The notes under the pieces were generated by a model, which was given only the letters and a program-made list of their open reading frames with translations, was not told the origin of the DNA and did not search any database. From contig CM052851.1 in the NCBI GenBank assembly GCA_028534125.1, positions 38,440,001 to 38,504,000 on the forward strand: a stretch of 64,000 bases of DNA, given 5' to 3'. This document shows, one piece after another, positions 13,963 to 25,393 of the stretch. The DNA comes from Lama glama. Lineage: Eukaryota. The position numbers were made by a program, and so were the translations under genes. The first letter of the stretch is position 1; the number at the start of each line of letters is the position of its first letter.

Positions 13963-14421
13963 CTGTAAAATTAAAAAGAAAATTTTAAGGGAATATAAAA
14001 TGGACCTAATAAAGTAAGATTACTCAATGATGATTTAAGAAGAAATAAGACTACATTAAAATGTCCAATGCCACTTAAATGAGTTTAGGACCTATTCAGA
14101 GAACAAGCTAAATTTGGAGAGATTATTATTTTTTTTAAATTACAAAGTAATACACATTCTGGGGTAGGATGATTAATACATCTCTAAAAGTATTCAGGCA
14201 TTTCCGAAAGGCCTCCTCTTTATCAATAGCCCAATTCAACTCTCGGAAGAAACTCCTATCCCCTAGCGGCATTCATTTGAAAACACACAACATACATACA
14301 TCAACAAGTTAGAAATATGCATATACATAAAAGACACTAATTTATACATATAACAAGAACAATGGGATCATACAACTCATTTGCTCTACTTGTTCTGTTT
14401 TCATTTAAAACTCTTATCAAG

Positions 14422-14540
14422 GGGTGGGGAAGGAAATAGCTCAGTGGTAGAGCACATGCTTAGCATGCACAAGGTCCTGGGATCAATCCCCAGTACCTCC
14501 ATTAAAAAATAATAATAATTTAAAATAATTAATTAATTAG
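14422..14540 (+). mobile_element. tRNA-Ala-derived SINE (vic-1 type), WEE1 intron 8
   Basis: A/B boxes, AAT-rich tail, 12-nt TSD ACTCTTATCAAG at 14410-21 and 14541-52. Confidence 0.92.
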
Positions 14541-15005
14541 ACTCTTATCAAGAAATGTTTTGTTACTTTTGAAACAGTATTGTCAACTATGTGCCATAAT
14601 TTAATCATTCTCTCATTGCTAAGTATCTCTCTACAGTATTCTCAATTTGTATATGAATATTTCTGTTGGAGAGACTCCCAGAAATGGAAATTCTGGGTCA
14701 GAGGGTACATGATTTTAAAATGTTGATAGATACTAACACTCCAAAAAGGCAATGACATTTTAAAGTTCCACCAGTAGTGTATGGAAACTTTTTTTACCAC
14801 AGCTCCACCACTGTTGAACATTATATAATCTTTGCCTTTACTGACTTTCACTAGATTAAATAACCCCACAAGCTAACAGTTTAGACTTTTCATTTTGTAT
14901 TACCTTTCTACTAGTCATTAGCTTAAAATTTAGTACATCTGCATTTATAATCTTCTATCAACAGATAAGTATTACAAAGCAAACGGCTTAAAGGAGACAC
15001 ACTAC

Positions 15006-15091
15006 CTCCTGCAAAACTTCATTTGCAAGAAAACGGCTATCACCCTCTTCAACTTGTGGACTGGAGATCCTTGTTACATGCCCAAGGTCAC
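15006..15091 (-). CDS. WEE1: WEE1 exon 8 (86 nt; DLG motif and activation segment)
   Basis: [28 protein letters not shown]; TTCTAG acceptor, GAG|GTAGTG donor. Confidence 0.97.
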
Positions 15092-15160
15092 CTAGAAGTA
15101 TTGAAAAAAATAGTCAAAAGTTAAAATAGCCTCTCCTCCTTTATTTTAACAAATCATCTG

Positions 15161-15292
15161 NNNNNNNNNNNNNNNNNNNNNNNNNNNNNNNNNNNNNNNN
15201 NNNNNNNNNNNNNNNNNNNNNNNNNNNNNNNNNNNNNNNNNNNNNNNNNNNNNNNNNNNNNNNNNNNNNNNNNNNNNNNNNNNNNNNNNNNN
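15161..15292 (-). CDS. WEE1: WEE1 exon 7, inferred inside the N block (expected ~96 nt)
   Basis: The NIFIS...FKIG segment is missing from visible sequence; the 132-nt N block lies ~70 nt upstream of exon 8, consistent with a short intron 7. Confidence 0.75.
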
Positions 15293-17672
15293 GGTAAGCC
15301 ACACTAACAATTAATAGTAGAACCAAAGTTCACAAACAAGGTCAGACAACAGAATCATGCTGGTAGCTTTTACATATATAGATTCTCATGAGTTCTACCC
15401 CAAACCCAGTGAGAATGAGAATGTTAGGTGATAAGCACTGGGGCTATACTTTCTACGAATGTATTTTCTGGCCTAGCACTAGTTCTTTAACACTTGGAAA
15501 TCACCACATTAGACCCTTGTCACCTACACATTAATCTACAGCAGTTTTAATTATTTAGAAATAATACAAAAGGCAATTAACATACTAATTTGTGATGCTT
15601 TAACTTAATGTTACAAGGCTAGTGTGAAAAGAACAAGTCATGTAGCTCTTGAGTTTGACTGATCCTACAGAATCTACATCCCAATGTAGTTTTGTGGTTC
15701 ACCATTTCTGCTTTACCCATACTTTTTTCCTTCAAATTCAGGTAAGCTCATGATTAACATAAGTTTTAGTGGCAGATTTTATTTTAATAGTTTTATCAAT
15801 ATAGTATTGAATTTCTAAATGTTACATTCACTGGAGTCATCTTTCCAATTCTGCTTTATTTACAGGACAACTTATTTTACGGTGATATTTGTAAATGAAA
15901 ATTTAAAACTTCACATGTCTTAATATTTTTAACTTTTGTACTTGTAATATAAGGGGTCTTTATGTTTGTCTGACATTTAATATATGAAATGAATGAGTAT
16001 GGGCAAACCTTACTGATCCATATTTACTGCCATCAGTTCTAATGTATTTTTTTTCTTTTTGAAAATACACATTTTAGTAAGTTAACGTACAGAAAAGAAA
16101 TTCTTCACATAGTTCATATAATTGTATAAAATGATTTAAATTCCCATGAATCATATACATTTCCATAGATTAAAAAACTTACTAAATTCAACTTAAAAAC
16201 ACTTAGCCTAAAATGTTTAACTTGAATCCATCAACCTTTTAGTTGTAACTTCTAATTTATAGGATGGAGAAAGGAATAAGCTATATGATGCAAGGAAGCA
16301 ACCAGTCAAATCCAGAAGAAAGTGTATCTTGCAAGACAAAGTCTTTATTATTACTTTTTTAAAGTAGGGGAATGGTAAAACCTGAAAAAGAAAAATGGTT
16401 TTAACCAGATATACTGTACATCCTGAAACAGATACTAGTTTGAACAAATCAACTTGGGTCAGCTAGGAAAAATTTTAATACAATCTGGCTACTATATGAG
16501 ATGAAAATCTACTGAAATGGAAAGGTACAGACAGTTGATTTAAAGTTATAAAGCAGTATGTACTCTATGATGTTATTTTTGATAAATTGAGAAGGATTTT
16601 TACAAAAACGTTAGTGTAGGATTCACTTGCATCCTTTTATTAATGCAAGATAATCAAAATGCATGTATCATTTTGTTTTCTGAATAGTCACATTTTCATG
16701 GTACTTTATAGCCTAGAAATACTACCATGCTTGTATAGCACATAAGTTTTCAAAGCATTTTCACACCTCAGTTTGTCCTAATAACCCTGTTAGCAGCACT
16801 GACATTATTTTATAACTGTAGTTCCAAAGATTAATAGAAGAGTGGGGATTTAATTTTTTTTTAAGTCTGGCTTGTCTATATTTTAAGATATTTCTACAGT
16901 ATACTAATCACTGCTTCTGTAATAAAATTTTGTTTCTATTTAAGTTAAAATTATGTAGGCCTACATCTTGATTCATACCACTTTTCCTTCAGTTTGAAAT
17001 CTCAAAAGCCTTTGAAAGAATACTATGCGGTTGTTCTGAGCCATAGTATGGTTGATCTATTAGAGCCATTTATATATAAAAATCAATTTTTTAGCTGAAA
17101 AGTGATCTAACACTAAAGAAAAAAATAAAACCACTATGTTCCTATACTTTCCAACCCCGATTTATATGCAACCTTTTTAATGCAGTTATAATACATGTGT
17201 CATTTTGTTCTCTGGGTCATATGATAACAATGTATTACTCCCATTACATACTAGACATACCTCCAGATTTGCATAGCACCTAGGTTTTCAAAACATATTC
17301 ACATTTTTCATTCTATTGTAATAACCCCCTTAGCACCACCAGCATTAATTTATAATTATGGTTCAATAGCCTAGTACAAGAAAGGGGCTTTAAACCCAGG
17401 ATCTTAGTCTCCCCATCAGAGTCCCACTCCAAGACAATGTGGTTCCCATAAGATGCAGCAAGTTTTTCCCAGCTTTTATTAAAAATGAATTTATTATTTC
17501 AAAACTTTTGGGGTAACAAGGGAAGAGGGATGGGAAATAAAACACTACTAAGTGGGTCAAAAGTCTTTTAAAACTAACAATGAAAAAACATATCAAGATG
17601 TATATGTTTTCATGAAATCATTTATTCTCTACAACTCTAAAGAACACAGTTCAGAGGATCTATGATACTTAC

Positions 17673-17819
17673 TAGGCTTTATATCCATGTGAACCAAAGA
17701 CATTGAATGAATATACCTCAAGCCACGGCCAACTTGCAAAAGGAGATCCTTTAACTCTGCTTCTGTAAAGTAACTCATGCTTCTATAGTTTTCACTTATG
17801 GCATCAGCTAAACTTCCAC
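17673..17819 (-). CDS. WEE1: WEE1 exon 6 (147 nt; catalytic loop HMDIKPS)
   Basis: GSLADAISENYRSMSYFTEAELKDLLLQVGRGLRYIHSMSLVHMDIKPS; TTGTTAG acceptor, A|GTAAGT donor. Confidence 0.98.
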
Positions 17820-18659
17820 CTAACAAACACAAGAAAAATTAGCATTTTCTTCTTTCTGAAATATTATTTTTCTTCCTTCCCTCTTACTGTATAACCACAC
17901 TCAACCAAGAAAGTGACATTTTACAGGACCTATTCCCTTCAACCTGCTTGTGAAATCAAAATTTTACGTATTTTTTCAACAGGGTACTCACATGGGCACA
18001 AAATATAATGTAAAGTTGCTGTCTTATTAAAATATACCCCAGTAACCCACCTGGTTCTCTTTCCCAGAGAAAATCAACATTATCACAGTTTCTTATGTAT
18101 TCTCTCAACTCCTTTCTTACACAAGCAGTAACATATTTGCATTATCTTGAAGATCATTCTTTACCAATAAACAAAGACTGCTCCTTCTTTCTTGTGTCTA
18201 CAGAAATTTATTGCATAACTGAATGGTAATGTACTAACCAATCCCCTAATGGATAGACATTTAAAAATAATTTCCAAGCCTTTAATACTATATACTATGG
18301 TCTCGGGAATAAATTTGTACATCGGTCATTATACACATACTTAGTATATTTACCAGAAATAAACTGCTGGGTCAAAGGGAATGTACAATGTAATATATAT
18401 GCATAGTGTGTCTGTATGATACTAATTTATTACATATAGAATAAATTTCTGTAGCTAAGCAGTCCATTTCTCTTTATCCTTCTCGAAAAGAGCTTAGGAA
18501 TGGTATTCATATTATCAGTGCCAAGACTTGAATGCCTCTGAAAAACTCACATAAAATAACAGTGTACTCAGACATTGATTTCAAAATGGCTACCACTTAA
18601 ACTCTGCTAGTATATGCCTATGTAAATCTGGAGCTTTGGAAGACAAATCTGGAGCTATT

Positions 18660-18707
18660 ACACACACAGACACACACATAGGCAGGCAGGCAGGCAGGCA
18701 GGCACAC
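18660..18707. repeat. Compound (CA)n/(GGCA)6 microsatellite
   Basis: cacacacagacacacacata followed by ggca x6. Confidence 0.9.
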
Positions 18708-18826
18708 AGTCCCCCTCAGAGAAGGTGTATCAATTCATAATCCCATCATTAATTTATGCAAATACATGTATTCCCACACCCTTGACAACAGAGTCTATAC
18801 ATTTTATAAGTAAAAACCAGTATCCT

Positions 18827-18917
18827 GGATGCAGCTCAGTGGTAGAGCATGTATGTGCTTAGCATACACGAGGTCCTGGGATCAATCTGAAGTACTTCCA
18901 TTAAAAAACAAAACAAA
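18827..18917 (+). mobile_element. tRNA-Ala-derived SINE (vic-1 type), WEE1 intron 5
   Basis: GCAGCTCAGTGGTAGAGC...CTTAGCATACACGAGGTCCTGGGATCAATC plus A tail. Confidence 0.85.
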
Positions 18918-21165
18918 TTTGTTTAAAGCTTAGTTAGGAATAATAAAATCAGAGCCAAGGTAATAAAATCAAGGTCAATGATATACTAGTCAGAAAAGAC
19001 GGTCCTACAATTTGAACAAGACTCAATTTAAAAATGTCAGATGTGTTTTAAAAATAAAAATAAATCACACACCTGGGTATCTTAAGCTTAAGTATGTTCT
19101 CTGTACTTAGCTTGTAGAAATCTTGAACTTTGGGGGAAAGAGAGGGCTCTATAAGGCAGCAGGTCAATAAGCCTGTCAGACAGGTGACCTTGAAGTCCTA
19201 GATCAAGCTTATCAAGAAATAAGCTGCGTTTTAGTGGGTTTAGCAACTATAGCTGGGCTAGTTCCCCTATCTATTTTTAGAGGTGAGAAGAACAAACCAC
19301 TCATCAGATATTTCAGGTTTTCCTCTTCTATCCATCGACATTTTTTACTTGTTTATCAAGAGTAGAAATTCAGTCTATCACCAAAGATAAAAGGCTCAAA
19401 ATGCAAATGACTGCTTGAGATAGTAAGAAAACTCAGTTAAGATAAAGGATATCAGTTAATCAACAGTACAAATAAATGATAACAGAATCTTTTTCCTGTG
19501 AAACTGTAGAAAAGGATCTAAAGATCAGGCCAATTAGGACATTCAACAGTTTAAGTGGAGAGAAGAATGGAAAAGGGAAACAAAAGAAAAGAAGAGCTCA
19601 CAAATGTATCTAGATAGCCTCATTTTCTTTTATCTAAGCAAAATAAACAATCATACAAAGAGGCAGACCAGTTCTGTTTATTTTTTAAATATGTATATTC
19701 CTTAAGAGTTTTATACTGCTCCAAAATAATAAACTGTTTCAAAAGATTATTTTATAATCTAACTTTATTACAGGACAAGGTCTTTGTAATCTGAAGAGGG
19801 TAGCAAGACCACCAATTCCTCCCCAACCCCCAAGGCCCGAGTTTTCTCAAAATCATCTGAATGACACAACCATGTACAGGTAGGTTGTTACAAATCTGTG
19901 ATCCCTGGACTGTGGATGAATTACTTGTTAAGAGCCAGACACATCAACAAGGTGAGAGGTAGAAACTAAAAGGATGGCATCTAGCAAATATGAAGGGAAG
20001 AAGGTATTATAGTCAAGCTGTACTATATTAAATGCAGTTAACTAAAAAATAGAGGTTAAGAAACAGAATGGTCCACAAGGCAGATAGCTACATAAATATT
20101 TTGATGGTATGAACAGAAACATTTCAAGAGATGTGTGAAACAAACTAGCAGCAATGCTGTATACTGTGCACTTATATTCTTTTAAGTTATTCAAGGAAAT
20201 AAAATTCAGCTCAATGAGAAGCTGGGTATGAGAAATGGCTCTTTTACTTCTGTTTTGTTCATTGTTTTCAAATACAGAAAACTTGAATCCACTATCTATA
20301 CCACATATTTATTCACAAGCTATGAAACGGCTGGTCTTGTCTTAAGAAAACAATGAGAAACAACAAAAAGAAAATCTTTGCTACTCATGTGTTCTGTAAA
20401 TTCTAAACTCTCTAGTGTTCACAGAAGATATAAAGAAGTAGAAATCCATCACATATAAAGATTTGGGTATTTAATAACATATGTCTGTAAGAATCAGAAT
20501 CGAGACCAGGACTTTGGTAAAGCTTTAATGAAAAAGGAAGGACCCATGTTGGCTGCTGAAGCACTTGCTGAAATTCAAAGCTATACAAAGGTCCAAAGTT
20601 AAACCTCTACAGATGCTTGATGGGGAAGGGGAGGATGAGGGGGAGGGAGGCATGGCTAGGGAGCTAAAAGAACGTAACTCTTTACAGAAAAGTCTTAGTG
20701 AATTCTAGTGATAAACTAGGTTGGATAGATGGGAGTGGGAGCAAGACTGGACAAATGACTGAATTTATATCAATGGAGAGTCACTGTCTGTTTATGAGCA
20801 ACCAGTATCAGTTTTAGCAGCACAAAATGAAATGGGAAGGGAAGGCCAGATGCAGGGAGCCTGGGTTATTATCCACTCTATTCCACACACACTATGCCAA
20901 GTGCCAGGGATACCTAAATATACATGGCAAGGGCCTGAGTAATCTGAGTAACAGGCACATAAATAATATGCATAGTTCTACTACCCAGGTAGAAGGAACA
21001 AGGTTTTCAGTCTTAACTTCCAGGTAAGAATTACTTGCACTTGAAATTCATGTTAGGCTTCTGATCTTTGATAAAGATATACAGAATTAGAGCAAGATTA
21101 TGGATAAAAATATATTATTTCCTTGGTGTTCATTTTCTTGCGCTTACAAATTTTTACAGGGGAAC

Positions 21166-21313
21166 NNNNNNNNNNNNNNNNNNNNNNNNNNNNNNNNNNN
21201 NNNNNNNNNNNNNNNNNNNNNNNNNNNNNNNNNNNNNNNNNNNNNNNNNNNNNNNNNNNNNNNNNNNNNNNNNNNNNNNNNNNNNNNNNNNNNNNNNNNN
21301 NNNNNNNNNNNNN
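21166..21313 (-). CDS. WEE1: WEE1 exon 5, inferred inside the N block (expected ~122 nt; exact bounds not visible)
   Basis: The kinase segment between ...SVDE and GSLAD... is not visible elsewhere; this 148-nt N block is the only masked stretch between exons 4 and 6. Confidence 0.75.
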
Positions 21314-21778
21314 TTTTGAGATTAACAGATTGGTAAATTATTTTTATTCAAGCCTAAACTGAACTAACTTATCTGAAGGTTCATAAGAGAATCCTGACTT
21401 CTGTATCTATCATTATGCTGAAGAACAACTTGCTTCAAGAGAGAGTGGGTTAAGACTCTGTATCAGATTTTTTCATTAAAGAATGTTAGAAGGAACCTTA
21501 CTGGCCCTAGGATTCAGGAAAGATGAACTCCACATTAGTATGAATTCAAGGATGCTACTAGAAACAAGAAATTTAAGTTAGACTCCAAAATCAGACTCCT
21601 TATATTATTTCATTAAGTCTAATAAGAACTAATGGCACAAAATGAAATGCATCTGATTAAATCATTATTTCTCAAATATTAGAGAATTAATTAAATTCAG
21701 TGCTTAACCACCTAAAGCCTTAACATCTGTAACACCATACTGAACAAAAGAGCAAAAGACAAAATCTTTAATACATAC

Positions 21779-21951
21779 TCATCAACAGAGCCAGCCAATG
21801 GCTTTTTTGATCGCTTAATGGCATAAATACATCCATCCAGCCTCTTCACACATTTAAACACAGAACCAAATTCTCCAGAGCCAATCTTCTCTAGCTCATG
21901 AAATTCTGTTGTATACCGTGACTTCATATTGCTTTCAGTAATCGTAATTCT
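21779..21951 (-). CDS. WEE1: WEE1 exon 4 (173 nt; kinase Gly-rich loop and catalytic Lys)
   Basis: [58 protein letters not shown]; canonical AG/GT. Confidence 0.98.
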
Positions 21952-22138
21952 CTGTAATAAAAAGTGTATCCATGTACATAATACAAAGGTATGAAAATGA
22001 TTTTTTACTATAGTGAAAGTATTACGTGTGAAACTTAAAAATCATTATATCTTATGTTTTAACATTTGTTTAACATGTATATATGGCAGCTTGTTAAGAA
22101 GTAGAAAATCATTTCAAAAACAATAAAAAGCTGTTTAC

Positions 22139-22202
22139 TTTAGCAGGTCTTGTTTCATCTTCAAACTCATAATCACTGGCTTCCATGTCTTCACCACAGG
22201 AA
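22139..22202 (-). CDS. WEE1: WEE1 exon 3 (64 nt)
   Basis: SCGEDMEASDYEFEDETRPAK; TTTTCAG acceptor, AAA|GTAAAC donor. Confidence 0.96.
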
Positions 22203-22685
22203 CTGAAAAATATTATTTTTTCCATCAACATATCTGACAGATGTATCAATTAGAGATTCAAAAGTTTATTTGATAGGTGTACAGTAAAATGAAAATTTAA
22301 TGAATGAAAAGAGAAAAGAAAGCATTTAATTGTGTAACCACAAAATACAGCTCAGCTGATGAAAATGCTGTTCCTGTTGAGATATGCCAACATCACCACA
22401 CATATCAAAATTAAAGCCTTTCTGTGTCAACTGTCTCTGCCTGCCTCATTTTTGACACCAGCAGATTTCCTAGAATCCATCTAGGCTTTTTATTCCTTCC
22501 TTTCCCATGCCACTTTTTCCACAGCTGACTACTTCCCACCATTCTCTCCTGAAAATTACTAACAATGGGGAAAAATTTCAGTGTATAAACTTCCATGTCA
22601 TTCAGTTGAAATTAAATTTTGATGAGTATACCAAATCAATCTTGGGTAGCTGAGGAACCAAACTGTTGAATAATAAATAACTTAC

Positions 22686-22891
22686 TCATTCCAATATGTC
22701 CTCTTTCTTCTACGACACTGTCCTGAGGAATGAAGTAACANNNNNNNNNNNNNNNNNNNNNNNNNNNNNNNNNNNNNNNNNNNNNNNNNNNNNNNNNNNN
22801 NNNNNNNNNNNNNNNNNNNNNNNNNNNNNNNNNNNNNNNNNNNNNNNNNNNNNNNNNNNNNNNNNNNNNNNNNNNNNNNNGAGAGCAAACT
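22686..22891 (-). CDS. WEE1: WEE1 exon 2 (206 nt; interior masked 22741-22880)
   Basis: Acceptor CTCCTAG|AGTTTGCTCTC (SLL..); visible 3' part LLHSSGQCRRRKRTYWN; donor GA|GTAAG. Confidence 0.95.
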
Positions 22892-24354
22892 CTAGGAGAG
22901 GGGGAAAAAATGTTCATGATCCAAGGGCTATAGAACTGCCTTCTCAACCTAACTTTCAACAAGCTTTTCACGTGGCTGAATGTGTAGGCCAAAGCAACAC
23001 ACAAGTCTTTGTTATCTTTCAAGCAAAATAAACAATGGTTAACTTAGGAGTCTGAAGCTGTATACTAACCACCTTTTCTGAAAAGGCCAAGGAAAATAGG
23101 TCTCTAACCCTAAAAAGACAATGAATGCAGACTAAAATTAAGTTCGTTCTAGAGGCTAAAAGTTAATAAACTCTTTTAATCCATCTAAAAATGGAAAGCA
23201 GTCAGGGAGCCCCATAAAAGTTCCCCTCCCCCATCTAAGTAGAGCTTTGAAAGCCACCTCCCTAGGACTCCTCCCCTCACTTCCAGAGGGATTTTGCCTT
23301 GGGCAAGTGGGCTAATAAACAGCAAGGCACCAAAGCACACGTCTTCCTGAAGTTTAATGACTCTCGGTACTGAACCTGACTCACTTAAAAAGGTAAATTT
23401 TCCACATAAATCTTATAAATGCGATACTTGTCTTAATTTCAGGAAGTGTTCGTTTTAAAATCTGTTACACCTAAAGTTCTGGGGTGGTAATCTGCATACT
23501 CACTGGCCTCTCAACAAACAGGTGCCAAATACCTACTTCTTTAAGATACATTATCTACAGCACAAAAGCACGAAGGTCCAGGCAATAATACCAAAGCTTG
23601 TTTTTAACAGTTGGATGTTCCTTATCTTAGGCTTAGGAATTTAGGCTGACCAAACTTGGGCACCGCAAACCCAAGGGTGTAAACAAACGCTTACCCAATA
23701 AATATTCTGTCCGGAAAGAGGTTTAAACGCTACTCTGAGTTATTTACGAGTCCTTAAGACTGTAAATGCTTGAAGGCCAGCCTTTTCTCCCAAGTCGAAG
23801 CGTAGTCTCCCTCGGTATCTCAGACTTTCCCCCCATAAGGCCACCTGATACGAAATGATAAGCGCATGAATTTTTTTTTTTAACCGAACTCTTGCGTGCG
23901 CCGCCCAAATTACAGGACCGATCACTTCGTTTAAAAGGCACCAGATGGCTGCGGCGCTCGGGAGTGTCAGGTGGCCAGGCCAGCACCACTCGAGCATCCT
24001 TCCAAACCACGTTATCGGTGCCACACTCCCGCTGCCACGCTCGGGGCGGCCCCGACTCGGCGGGCGTTAAATCGTCAGCCACCTGGACCGCGCCGATCAG
24101 CCTCTATGAAAGATGAAGAAGTTCCAGACGAGGCCTATTGTTCAGTTACATAATCTTAACGGACAACTTCTGGGCTGGGCCCCAAAAAGGGGCTGCCAAC
24201 TTTTTGTTACGGTGCAGGAGAGCGAGCGGGGGTGCGGCCGGACGGTTATGTAACCGAACCCGGGCAGCGCCGCGCTCGACTCCCGGCGCCGCGGCCTTTT
24301 TAAAAGGCTGGGCCGGCGCGGGCTCGGGGCGCCCCGGCAGCCGCGTCGTCTCAC

Positions 24355-24927
24355 CTTGGGGGTGTGCGGCGTGTCGAAAAGCCGCAGCTTTCGGAAGGTC
24401 TTGTGCGGCGGGGTGCCTGGGTGGTCAGGCAGCGGCGAGCAGGCGCCCTCGCCCGCCCTGCGCGCCCCGCAGCCGCGCGGGGACGCGTCCCCTGGGCCGC
24501 CGCAGCGCACGGGCGAGAACGAGCTGCCCAGAAAGTAGGCGGCCGCCGGCGACTTGACTGGCGACGAGGAGCCGAAGCCCTCCTCCTCCCACGAGTCGCC
24601 CTCGGCCCCGCCGCCCGCCGCGTCCGCGCCCGGGCAGGCGCCCCGCAGCAGCATGTCTTCCTCCAGCTCCCCGGGGCTACCGGGGGCTTGGCCGGGTGAG
24701 CGGCGGCGCTCGGGCCCGGGCTCTGAGGGGCTCCGCGCGGGCGGCAGCGGAGAGTCGGGCTCCTGAAAGGCCGAGTCTTCCCCGGTGCTGTGGCCGCTGC
24801 CTTCCTCCTCTTCTTCCTCCTCCTCCTCCTCACAGTCGCTGCAAGGCGAGAAGATCAGCTTCTGCCGCAAGGTGCAGGCCCCGGCGCGGCGGGGCGGCGG
24901 CGGCTGCTGCCGGCTCAGGAAGCTCAT
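24355..24927 (-). CDS. WEE1: WEE1 exon 1 coding part (191 aa, N-terminal regulatory domain)
   Basis: MSFLSRQQPPPPRRAGACTLRQKLIFSPCSDCEEEEEEEEEEGSGHSTGEDS...FRKLRLFDTPHTPK; ATG at 24927-24925; donor AAG|GTGAGA at 24355/24354. Confidence 0.98.
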
Positions 24928-25010
24928 CTCGCCCCTGGGGCCGGGGCGGAGAACCGGAGAACCTGGGCCCGCGGAGTCCAGCACTCGGCCAGCCCAGGGG
25001 GCGGGTCCGC

Positions 25011-25393
25011 CACGTGCGACTGGGCGCGCCCGCTGGTCGCGGCGGCGGGCCTTCGCGGCGGCGGCGGACTGAGGCTCCGGGACGCTCGGGGCGGCGGGCG
25101 GCGGGGGCGGCGGCGGCGCGGACTGTCTGGCAGAGGCGGGGCGGCCCGGGCGCCGAGGCTGGGGTCTCCGCAGGTCCAGCCGCAGGTTCGGGCTCCGCGG
25201 CTTCCCGCGACCGTTAACCACGTGAGTGCACAGCCCACCAATCCCCACCCATCTCGGGGTTTGAAAAAAAAGGAGGGCGCGACGTAGCCCGCGGGGGAGG
25301 GGCCGGCTACGCGATTTTGGCGCGAACCTGCTAGCTCCTCCCCACCGATCGGCGCCGGGCCAGGCCTGGGCGGGTGCGGCTCCGCGGGCCAAT
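25011..25393 (-). promoter_or_regulatory. WEE1: WEE1 core promoter motifs: E-boxes, CCAAT, CHR, E2F
   Basis: CACGTG 25011-16 and 25219-24; CCAAT 25238-42 and 25389-93; TTTGAA 25260-65; TTTGGCGCG 25316-24. Confidence 0.75.

Noticed and set aside
15161-21313. Apparent loss of WEE1 exons 5 and 7 (pseudogenisation)
   Set aside because: N blocks of sufficient size sit at the expected positions, and all visible exons are intact with canonical splice sites
22528-22544. ZNF143/Staf-like site ACTACTTCCCACCATTC in WEE1 intron 2 (also TACAGTTCCCAG near 7784)
   Set aside because: Wrong spacing or missing ATGC half, and outside a promoter; does not support ZNF143-to-WEE1 regulation
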